In this document: in pieces, positions 8,888-16,265 of the stretch
Layout: every line of letters starts with the position of its first letter
Position numbering within the stretch: the first letter of the stretch is position 1
NCBI GenBank assembly: GCA_964594925.1
Contig: CAZQOG010000002.1
Location: forward strand, 389-64,388
DNA: 64,000 nt
Direction of reading: 5' to 3'
Source: an uncultured Desulfohalobiaceae bacterium
GTDB lineage: Bacteria > Desulfobacterota > Desulfovibrionia > Desulfovibrionales > CAZUBS01
Made by a program: the position numbers and the translations under genes
Notes under the pieces: model-generated
The model's database searches: none
Seen by the model: only the letters and a program-made list of their open reading frames with translations
Told to the model about the DNA's origin: nothing

Positions 8888-10636
8888 CTAAGCTTCCCAC
8901 CCACGCTCCTGATAGTACTCGCTGAGCATGGTCTCCATCTCCTGCTCCGTAATGGTGTGCCCGGAGGGGAGCACCTCGCTGGTCAGGCGGCGGGGCAGGC
9001 GGTCCATGTCCGGGGTCAGCCCCTCGCGCAGATTGAAGCGCCTGGTTGCGTCCACTGTGCGTGCGGCTGTTTTTCGCAGCCCGGACGTGTCCAGGTCCTG
9101 CCCGGTGAGGAGTCGGACAAGTGAGGCCAGCTCCTCCCAGGGATAGAGGTCGCGGTAGAAACGGCACAGGATCAGGGAGTCGAACAGGCAGAGCCGGTCT
9201 TCGAAGTCCACGAGCATCGCGGCCTTGCCTTCGACCTGTTGCGGGGAGATCATTCCGGACAGCTCTGGCTTGTAGAAGGTGGTGCGCAGGTGGCAGGCGC
9301 CCCGGGGGCTGGTTCCGTAGGTCAGCCCCATGCCCTTGAGCACCCGCGGGTCGTACCCGGCAGGCTCCATGCCCTTGACGTGCACGGCCTGGTCGGACAT
9401 GCCCCACGAGGCAGCAGCCTGGACAATGCCCCCGGCCAGTACCGCACCCAATCCCTTGCGTCCGGCCATGTCCTTGATCAGGGCGGCGCACCCGTCAGGG
9501 TCATTGTACCCGGCAACAGGTTCGATCTTCCCCTGCAGCCCGGCTTCGATGGCCAGAGCGCACAGGTTGCCCGCGCTGATGGTGTCCAGCCCCAGCCGGT
9601 CGCACAGGTCGTTGAGCCAGGCGATCTCGGCCAGGTCGTCGATCATGCACAACCCGCCAAAGGCATAGATGGTTTCATACTCCGGGCCCTCTATGACCAG
9701 GCCCTTGTGCCGCCCGTGGCTGATCTCGGCCATGCGCCCGCAGGCCATGAAGCACTTCAGGCAGGCGTGGGGGCGCACCCGGTGCTCGGCGTGGTAGGTT
9801 TCCCCGGTCAGACGTTCCCAGTGGTCGCAGGTGCCCTGCTGCCAGTAGCGGGCCGGAAAGGCCTGGGCCGTGTTCATCAGGGCCACCATCATGGTGGTGC
9901 CAAAGCCTTTGTAGGCCTTGACTCCCGGGTTGTCCCGTCCCCGGGACGAAAACTCACGGGCGTACTCCTTGAGCCCGGCGGGGTCGGCAACGCTGCGCTT
10001 GCTGTCGCCGGCAAAGACCAGGGCCTTGAGCTGTTTTGCGCCCATGACGGCGCCGGTCCCGCCCCGGCCGGCACTGCGCCAGCGGTCGTTCTCGATGCAG
10101 GCGAAGACGACCCTGTTCTCCCCGGCCGGCCCGATGACCACCGCACCGGGCCGGCCAAAGCCGGGCCCGGAGGGTGCGAACCTGCGCACGGCCTCTGTTT
10201 CGGCTTCATAGGTCTCCATGCCCCACAGCGCAGTTGCGTCGTGAAAGTCGCACCCGTCGGGATGCACGGCCAGCACCGTGGGCCGCTCGGCAGATCCTGA
10301 GATGACCAGGGCATCGAACCCGGCAGCGTCCATGGCCTCGGGTGTTTTGCCCCCGGCATAGGACTCGGCATAGAGCCCGGTCTGGGGGGACTTGGTGTAG
10401 ACCCCGTAGCGGCTGCCGCCCCAGGCGGGCCCGTTGCAGGCGGGGCCGGTGGCGAAGATGAGCCGGTTCTCCGGGGCCAGCGGCTCCACCCCGGCGGGGT
10501 TGTGCTCGAGCAGCAGGTGCGTGGCCAGCCCCCTGCCTCCCAGCGTGGCCGACAGCAGCTCGTCGGACAGGGGCAGGATTTCGCAGCAGCGGCGGGTCAG
10601 GTCGACCGAGAGGTAGCGTCCGTAGAATCCGTGCAT
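8888..10636 (-). CDS. aor: aldehyde:ferredoxin oxidoreductase family (tungstopterin AOR-type)
   Basis: 582-aa ORF. AOR N-terminus MHGFYGRYLSVDLT...TLGGRGLATHLL...NRLIFATGP, plus later GLDTISAGN and CHLR blocks typical of the AOR family. Confidence 0.9.
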   Translation of the reverse strand: MHGFYGRYLSVDLTRRCCEILPLSDELLSATLGGRGLATHLLLEHNPAGVEPLAPENRLIFATGPACNGPAWGGSRYGVYTKSPQTGLYAESYAGGKTPEAMDAAGFDALVISGSAERPTVLAVHPDGCDFHDATALWGMETYEAETEAVRRFAPSGPGFGRPGAVVIGPAGENRVVFACIENDRWRSAGRGGTGAVMGAKQLKALVFAGDSKRSVADPAGLKEYAREFSSRGRDNPGVKAYKGFGTTMMVALMNTAQAFPARYWQQGTCDHWERLTGETYHAEHRVRPHACLKCFMACGRMAEISHGRHKGLVIEGPEYETIYAFGGLCMIDDLAEIAWLNDLCDRLGLDTISAGNLCALAIEAGLQGKIEPVAGYNDPDGCAALIKDMAGRKGLGAVLAGGIVQAAASWGMSDQAVHVKGMEPAGYDPRVLKGMGLTYGTSPRGACHLRTTFYKPELSGMISPQQVEGKAAMLVDFEDRLCLFDSLILCRFYRDLYPWEELASLVRLLTGQDLDTSGLRKTAARTVDATRRFNLREGLTPDMDRLPRRLTSEVLPSGHTITEQEMETMLSEYYQERGWEA

Positions 10637-10652
10637 GGGGAAACCTTGTTCA

Positions 10653-10885
10653 GTTCGAAGTTCGAAGTCGGAAGTTGGAAGGGAAGACCTCTAACACAAT
10701 GCCGCAACGTTGAGGAGATACTGTTGATTCAGTCCTTTCTTGTTCATCCTTTTCAACGGTTGTTTAAAAACCAAGTTTCAGGCCGAAAGTTCGAAGAAAT
10801 GAGAAAGTGCGTGCATTTTTCTTCATTGCTTAAAATGTCGTTTTGTCTTTCCCTTCCAGCTTCGAACTTCCGACTTCGAACTTTT
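10653..10885. repeat. inverted pair of GAAG-heptad arrays bracketing a 162-nt AT-rich spacer
   Basis: Left arm 10653-10686: gttcgaa gttcgaa gtcggaa gttggaa gggaag. Right arm 10849-10885 is the reverse-complement type (ttccagc ttcgaac ttccgac ttcgaac) and abuts the gabT stop (10888). Arms match at roughly 29 of 34 positions by unit-wise comparison. Confidence 0.85.
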
Positions 10886-10887
10886 AT

Positions 10888-12186
10888 CTAGCGCAAAGCG
10901 CTCAATCCGTCGCGCAGGATGGACAGGCCGCGTTCCAGCTCCTGATCGGTGATGACCAGGGGCATGAGGGTGCGGATGACGTTGCCGTAGGTGCCGCAGG
11001 ACAGGACGATCAGGCCGTGCTCGTGGCACCAGGCCACCAGCTGCTTGGCCGTGTCCGTGGCCGGCTTCTTTGTCTCGCGGTCCTGGACCAGCTCCAGGGC
11101 CAGCATGGGCCCCTTGCCGCGCACGTCTCCGATGACCTCGAACTCCTGCTGCAGAGCGGTGAAGCTTTGCAGCAGCCGTTCTCCAAGGTCCCGGGCCCGC
11201 TCCAGGAGACCGTCCCCCAGGAGAATATCCAGCACGGCCAGGGCGGCCCGGCAGGCCAGGGGGTTCCCGCCGTATGTTCCGCCCAGCCCCCCCACGTGGG
11301 GGGTGTCCATCATTGCGGCCCGCCCGATGACTCCGGACAGGGGAAGGCCCGCAGCCATGGACTTGGCCACGGTGACAAGGTCCGGGGCCACGTTCCAGTG
11401 CTCGATGGCAAAGAGGCTTCCGGTGCGTCCGAAACCGGTCTGGACCTCGTCGATGATCAGGGCGATGGCGTACTTGTCGCAGATGGCCTTGAGCCTGGCA
11501 AAGTACTCCGGCGGCGGGGTCGCAAACCCGCCTTCCCCCTGGATGGGCTCGGCCACCAGGGCCGCGGTCTGCTCGGCGGCCACGTGGGAGATGAAGAACT
11601 CCTCCAGGTAGTCGGCGCAGGCCACGTCGCACCCCGGGTAGGTCAGCCCGAAGGGGCAGCGGTAGCAGTAGGCGTAGGGCATGCGGTAGACCTCGGGCGC
11701 AAAGGGCCCGAACCCGAACTTGTAGGGCTTGACCTTGCTGGTCAGGCTCATGGTCAGCAGGGTCCTGCCGTGGAAACCGTTCTCGAAGCAGATCACGGCC
11801 GGCCTGCCGCTGACGTACCGGGCAACCTTGACCGCGTTCTCCACGGCCTCGGCACCCGAGTTCAAGAGCAGGGTCTGCTTGGGAAAGTCCCCGGGAGCCA
11901 GGCTGTTCAACCGCTCGGCCAGCTCCAGGTAGGGCTCGTACATCATGATGTGGAAGCAGGTATGCAGGAACTTGTCGGCCTGGTCCTTGACCGCCTCCAC
12001 GACCTTGGGGTGGCAGTGACCCACGTTGACCACCCCGATGCCTCCGGCGAAGTCGATGTACTCCTTGCCCTCGGTGTCGGTAATCACGGCCCCGCGGGCC
12101 TTGGCCGCAAAGGCTGGGACCACGTTGAACGGCCCTTTGGGGATATTGTCGGCACGTCGCCCGAGAAGGCTTTTGGTGTCGGACAT
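10888..12186 (-). CDS. gabT: 4-aminobutyrate aminotransferase-type class-III PLP aminotransferase
   Basis: 432-aa ORF with GAGGAG upstream. GFHGRT, DEVQTGFGRTGSLFAIEHWNVAPDLVTVAKSMAAG (Schiff-base Lys) and overall GabT-like length. Confidence 0.85.
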   Translation of the reverse strand: MSDTKSLLGRRADNIPKGPFNVVPAFAAKARGAVITDTEGKEYIDFAGGIGVVNVGHCHPKVVEAVKDQADKFLHTCFHIMMYEPYLELAERLNSLAPGDFPKQTLLLNSGAEAVENAVKVARYVSGRPAVICFENGFHGRTLLTMSLTSKVKPYKFGFGPFAPEVYRMPYAYCYRCPFGLTYPGCDVACADYLEEFFISHVAAEQTAALVAEPIQGEGGFATPPPEYFARLKAICDKYAIALIIDEVQTGFGRTGSLFAIEHWNVAPDLVTVAKSMAAGLPLSGVIGRAAMMDTPHVGGLGGTYGGNPLACRAALAVLDILLGDGLLERARDLGERLLQSFTALQQEFEVIGDVRGKGPMLALELVQDRETKKPATDTAKQLVAWCHEHGLIVLSCGTYGNVIRTLMPLVITDQELERGLSILRDGLSALR

Positions 12187-12207
12187 TATTTCAACTCCTC
12201 ACGTTTT

Positions 12208-12350
12208 CAAGTTCGAAGCAGCCGGCTGCGCCGGAGTTCGAAAGGGGAAGTTCGAAGTCGGAAGGAAAAGGCAGAACGGCGAGAACGCAAAATTCTTATA
12301 CTTTTTCTCCCTTCGAACTTCCGACTTCGAACTTCGAACTTCGAACTTTT
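12208..12350. repeat. inverted GAAG-heptad arrays between the thiolase and gabT genes
   Basis: Right arm 12309-12350 (ccttcgaac ttccgac ttcgaac ttcgaac ttcgaac tttt) includes the thiolase stop codon (12349-12351). Left arm 12245-12265 (ggggaag ttcgaag tcggaag g) contains an 18-nt perfect complement (gaagttcgaagtcggaag). There is also a small palindrome gcagccggctgc at 12218-12229. Confidence 0.85.
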
Positions 12351-13551
12351 ATACTCTTTCTATCACCGTGGCCACGCCCTGGCCGCCGCCGATGCAGGAG
12401 GCGGCGCAGCCGATGCTGCCGTTCTCGCTGTGCAGGATCCTGGCCAGGGTGCCCACCAGGCGGATGCCGGTGGCGCCCATGGCATGGCCCAGGGCCAGCC
12501 CCCCGCCCTTGACGTTGACCCGGTCCATGGGGATGCCGAGATCCGTGACCGCATTGAGCACCACCACGGCAAAGGCCTCGTTGATTTCCCAGAAATCAAT
12601 ATCCGAGGGCTTCAAACCGATTGCTTCCAAGGCCCTGCGGGCCGCGGGGACCGGAGCCAGCCCCATCAGGGTGGGGTCCACCCCGGCAAACCCGATGGAA
12701 CGGACCGTGGCCAGGGGGGAGATTCCCTTTTTCTCGGCGCTTTCACGGTCCATGAGCACCATGGCTGCGGCCCCCGAGTTGAGGGGGGAGGCATTGCCCG
12801 CGGTGATCCCGCCGTGGTCGGGGTCGAAAATGGTCTTCAGCCCGGCCATGCCCTCCAGGGTGGCGTTGTCTCGTACCGCCTGGTCGCGGTCCACGGTCAT
12901 CACGCTGCCGTCGGCCTGGGGCGCGTCCACCGGAATGATCTCCCCGTCAAAGTAGCCCTGCTCCCTGGCCCGGACAGCCAGCTGGTGGGAACGCACCCCC
13001 AGCTCGTCCATTTCCCGGCGGGTGAAGCCGGTCTGCTTCCAGAGCTTCTCCGCGGTTCTGCCCATGACCATGGTGGTGTCCATGTCCCAGTGGGCGTAGC
13101 GCTCCTCGGTGGACAGGGCGGGGTTCATGCTGATGCTGCCTTCCTTGAACAGCTTGGGTCCCATGGGGACCCTCGTCATCTGCTCCATGCCGCAGGCCAG
13201 CACGGTGTCGGCGAACCCGCCGGCAATCTCCAGGAAGGCGGTGTGCAGGGCGGCCATGCCCGAGCCGCACTGCATGTCCAGAAACTTGGCCGGGATGGAG
13301 GCGGGCAGGTTGGCCTGGAAGATGGGGGTGCGCCCGCCAAAGGTCCAGTTCTCGGTCACCCCCAGGGCGCAGCCCACCAGGAAGTCGTCCAATGACTCGG
13401 GGGCGACCCCGGCGCGGGCGAGCACCTCGGGGATGACGGCGGTCAGCAGCTCGTCAGCCCGCAGGGCGTGGAACCAGTCCCTTTCGGGCTCCTGGGGTCT
13501 GGCCCTGGACTGGGCCGTGCGGCCGTAACCGACAATGACAACGTCGCGCAT
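12349..13551 (-). CDS. acetyl-CoA C-acetyltransferase (thiolase II)
   Basis: ORF track 12349..13614, trimmed to ATG 13551 (AAGGAG 9 nt upstream; MRDVVIVGYGRT). C-terminal thiolase signature GLALGHAMGATG...CIGGGQGVATVIE. Confidence 0.9.
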   Translation of the reverse strand: MRDVVIVGYGRTAQSRARPQEPERDWFHALRADELLTAVIPEVLARAGVAPESLDDFLVGCALGVTENWTFGGRTPIFQANLPASIPAKFLDMQCGSGMAALHTAFLEIAGGFADTVLACGMEQMTRVPMGPKLFKEGSISMNPALSTEERYAHWDMDTTMVMGRTAEKLWKQTGFTRREMDELGVRSHQLAVRAREQGYFDGEIIPVDAPQADGSVMTVDRDQAVRDNATLEGMAGLKTIFDPDHGGITAGNASPLNSGAAAMVLMDRESAEKKGISPLATVRSIGFAGVDPTLMGLAPVPAARRALEAIGLKPSDIDFWEINEAFAVVVLNAVTDLGIPMDRVNVKGGGLALGHAMGATGIRLVGTLARILHSENGSIGCAASCIGGGQGVATVIERV

Positions 13552-13650
13552 GTCTAAAAAGCTCCTTGTTGCAGTGACTATGGGAAGATTTGTCTTTGTA
13601 GGGGCACGTTGCACGTGCCCTCTCCCAGTCCCGGCTTCACCACGACACCC

Positions 13651-14919
13651 TTACTCCACCACCCCGCACCAGCGAACAGCGAACAGGGCGTAGGCCCTGG
13701 CCGTGTGCAGGACCGAGTCAAGGCGGACCCGCTCGTCCGCCCCGTGGATGTTTTCGGCCACCGGCCCGTAGCAGCACCCCCGCGCCCGGCCAAAGGAGTA
13801 GAAGGCGCGCAGGTCGGTTGTGCAGGTGGAGACATAGCTGTCCGGTTCGTTGCCGGTCAGCTCGCGGTGACAGCCGGAGAGCACAACCAGTGGGGGGGCA
13901 TCCGGCTGTTCGACATGACCGTCGGAGCGGAACCCGTAGAACTCTACCTGCGGGGGGTTCTCCCGCAGCCACGGGTCCTGTTCGGCCGCCCGGGACACTG
14001 TCTCTGTTATGCGCGTGCGCATGGCGGCAAACGTGGTTCCGGGAAAATAGGAGAGCCGGCAGTGGAACTCTGCGTCGGCCGGGACAGTGGAAGGCCAGTC
14101 CCCTCCGTTGAGCATGCCCACATTGAGGTTGAGGGGGTGGTCAAAGCCCTCGTAGGGCGGGGGCAGGGGGGGCTGGTTCAACTCTTCTTCCAGCTCCCGG
14201 AGGGCCGTGATCAGGGGAAAGCACTTTTCCAGGGCGTTGGCGCCGGCCCCCGCTTCCAGCACGTGCACCGGCCGCCCCCCCACCCGGACCCTGAACCAGA
14301 GCACCCCCACCTGGGCGGTGTACAGCCGGGGGCCGAAGGGTTCGGGGATGAGCACGGCCCGGGCATCGACCCCGGCAGCCCGGCAGGCCAGGGCCCCGTT
14401 GCCCGAGCACTCCTCCTGGACGACCGCCTCCAGGGTCAGGGGGGCGGCCAGGCCGAAACCGGCCCTGCGGATGGCCGCGGCCGCATAGGTCATGGCCGCC
14501 ACACCCGACTTCATGTCGCCGGAGCCGCGTCCGTGCATCCAGCCGTCGCGCACCAGGGGGTCGAAGGGGTCACTGGACCACAGACGGGAAGGCTCGGGGC
14601 TGACCACGTCCAGGTGGCCGTTGAACAGGGCGCTGCGGCCGGTTGTCGCCCCTGGCTGGATCTCCGAGACCAGGCAGTGGGACGTGTGGGAGGCCAAAGG
14701 CATGGGCCCGTAGCCCGGATGAGCGTTCAAGGCGGCGTGGTCCACGGGGATGCGCCTGACCGGCAGGCCCAGCCGTTCGAGCTCCTCCTCCATGACCTGG
14801 AGGGTACCAGCCTCGTTGCCCACGGTGCTGGGCTCGGCCACCAGCCGGGCGGTGAAGTCGAAGATGTCCTCGGACAGGGCTTCAACAGCGGTGATGACGG
14901 CTTGCTCTCGTCGGTCCAT
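13651..14919 (-). CDS. M20-family ArgE/DapE-type deacylase (metallopeptidase)
   Basis: ORF track 13651..14949; start at ATG 14919 or 14949. LFNGHLDVVSP...WSSDPFDPLVRDGWMHGRGSGDMKSGVAA is the M20 ArgE/DapE metal-site pattern. Confidence 0.8.
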   Translation of the reverse strand: MDRREQAVITAVEALSEDIFDFTARLVAEPSTVGNEAGTLQVMEEELERLGLPVRRIPVDHAALNAHPGYGPMPLASHTSHCLVSEIQPGATTGRSALFNGHLDVVSPEPSRLWSSDPFDPLVRDGWMHGRGSGDMKSGVAAMTYAAAAIRRAGFGLAAPLTLEAVVQEECSGNGALACRAAGVDARAVLIPEPFGPRLYTAQVGVLWFRVRVGGRPVHVLEAGAGANALEKCFPLITALRELEEELNQPPLPPPYEGFDHPLNLNVGMLNGGDWPSTVPADAEFHCRLSYFPGTTFAAMRTRITETVSRAAEQDPWLRENPPQVEFYGFRSDGHVEQPDAPPLVVLSGCHRELTGNEPDSYVSTCTTDLRAFYSFGRARGCCYGPVAENIHGADERVRLDSVLHTARAYALFAVRWCGVVE

Positions 14920-14929
14920 GGTGCCTCTG

Positions 14930-15580
14930 TCAGAAGCGCGGGATCTCACCCGTGGGAACGGTCACCTCGGCCTCGGTCCTGCTGAGCATGTCCGCAAGGT
15001 CGGCTTCTTTGGCCAGCTCGCGCAGCACCAGGCCCTGTGGGGTCACGTCCAGCACTGCCAGCTCGGTGACAATGGTGGTCACGCATTTTTTAGCGGTGAC
15101 CGGCAGGGAGCAGCGTTTCAGGATCTTGGGACGCCCTTTGCCCGTGGTGTGGGTGGTGGTCACGATGACCTTGCGGGCCTTCTGGGCCAGCTCCATGCCC
15201 CCGCCGATGCCGGGCGCGAACCTGCCGGGGATGACCCAGTTGGCCAGGTCACCCCCCCCGCTGACCTCCAGGGTGCCCAGGATGGCCACGTCGAGCCGGC
15301 CGCCCCGGACCAGGGCAAAGGACAGGGCGGAGTCGAAAAAGGCGGCCCCGGGGCGCAGCTGCACGTAGTCACCCCCGGAGTCGATCAGGCATGGGTCCTC
15401 GGTCCCCCTCGGGCAGCGCGGCCCCATGCCCAGGATGCCGTTCTCGGAGTGGACAAAGATGTCCACCCCCGGGGGCAGATGCTGCAGGACGCGGGTGGGC
15501 AGGCCGATACCCAGGTTGACCACCTGGCCGGAGACAAGCTCGGCAGCGGTGCGCTGTGCGATCCTGGTCTTAGGCGACAT
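14930..15580 (-). CDS. 3-oxoacid CoA-transferase, subunit B
   Basis: MSPKTRIAQRTAAELVSGQVVNLGIGLPT is the subunit-B N-terminus. ATG 15580 overlaps the end of subunit A by 11 nt; TTG 15589 is an alternative start. Confidence 0.88.
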   Translation of the reverse strand: MSPKTRIAQRTAAELVSGQVVNLGIGLPTRVLQHLPPGVDIFVHSENGILGMGPRCPRGTEDPCLIDSGGDYVQLRPGAAFFDSALSFALVRGGRLDVAILGTLEVSGGGDLANWVIPGRFAPGIGGGMELAQKARKVIVTTTHTTGKGRPKILKRCSLPVTAKKCVTTIVTELAVLDVTPQGLVLRELAKEADLADMLSRTEAEVTVPTGEIPRF

Positions 15581-16265
15581 GGTTCTCAAGCACCTCGTAC
15601 TCTTTCATGCCGGTGGCCACGGGCACGACATGGTCCACAAAAGCGCCGGGGGTGTGGATGTGGTCAGGGTCGAGCTCGCCGATGTCCACGATCTCCCGCG
15701 CTTCAGCCACCACGAGGTCCGCGGCCGTGGCCATGAGGGGGTTGAAGTTGCGGGCTGTCTTTTCGAAGATCAGGTTGCCCCAGCGGTCGGCCCTGGCCGC
15801 ATGCACAAGGGCCACCTCGGCCCGCAGAGCCGGCTCCACTATGTAGCGGCGCCCCCTGAAGGAGGTTGTTTCCCGCTGCTCGGCCAGGATCGTCTCCAGC
15901 CCGATGTCCGTGAGAAAGGCGGCCAGGCCCGCCCCACCGGCTCTGATCTTTTCGGCCAGGATGCCCTGGGGGTGCATTTCCACCTCCAGCCGGCCCTGGT
16001 TCATCATCTCGATGGCCAGGGCGTTGAGGCCCATGTGCGAGACGATGAACCGCTTGGCGCGGCCGGCCTCGAACAAGGTGGATATGCCCATGCCCTGCTC
16101 GTTGGCGTCGTTCTTGATCAGGGTCAGCCCTGCTGCACCCTGCTCCAGCAGGGCGGCAATGAGCGTGAAGGGGGTGCCTGGGGCGCCGAACCCCCCGATC
16201 ATGACGCGTGAGCAGTGGGCCACGGTGCGCAGTGCCCCGGCAGGGGTGGTGGTCTTGTCGATCAT
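15570..16265 (-). CDS. 3-oxoacid CoA-transferase, subunit A
   Basis: 231-aa ORF. VMIGGFGAPGTPFTLIAALLEQGAAGLTLIKNDAN is typical of family-I CoA-transferase subunit A. ATGA overlap with the upstream fusion gene. Confidence 0.88.
   Translation of the reverse strand: MIDKTTTPAGALRTVAHCSRVMIGGFGAPGTPFTLIAALLEQGAAGLTLIKNDANEQGMGISTLFEAGRAKRFIVSHMGLNALAIEMMNQGRLEVEMHPQGILAEKIRAGGAGLAAFLTDIGLETILAEQRETTSFRGRRYIVEPALRAEVALVHAARADRWGNLIFEKTARNFNPLMATAADLVVAEAREIVDIGELDPDHIHTPGAFVDHVVPVATGMKEYEVLENHVA

Noticed and set aside
10637-10887. Moco/Tuco riboswitch or sigma54 promoter upstream of the AOR gene
   Set aside because: The long leader made this attractive. However, I found none of the conserved Moco-motif stretches I remember and no TGGCAC-N5-TTGC element on the coding strand.
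10843-13395. 850-aa plus-strand ORF spanning the gabT and thiolase region
   Set aside because: It is antisense to two genes with clear family signatures. Its composition is a low-complexity G/A/P/R/H/Q-rich 'shadow' typical of GC-rich DNA, it reads straight through the heptad arrays, and it has no recognisable motifs.
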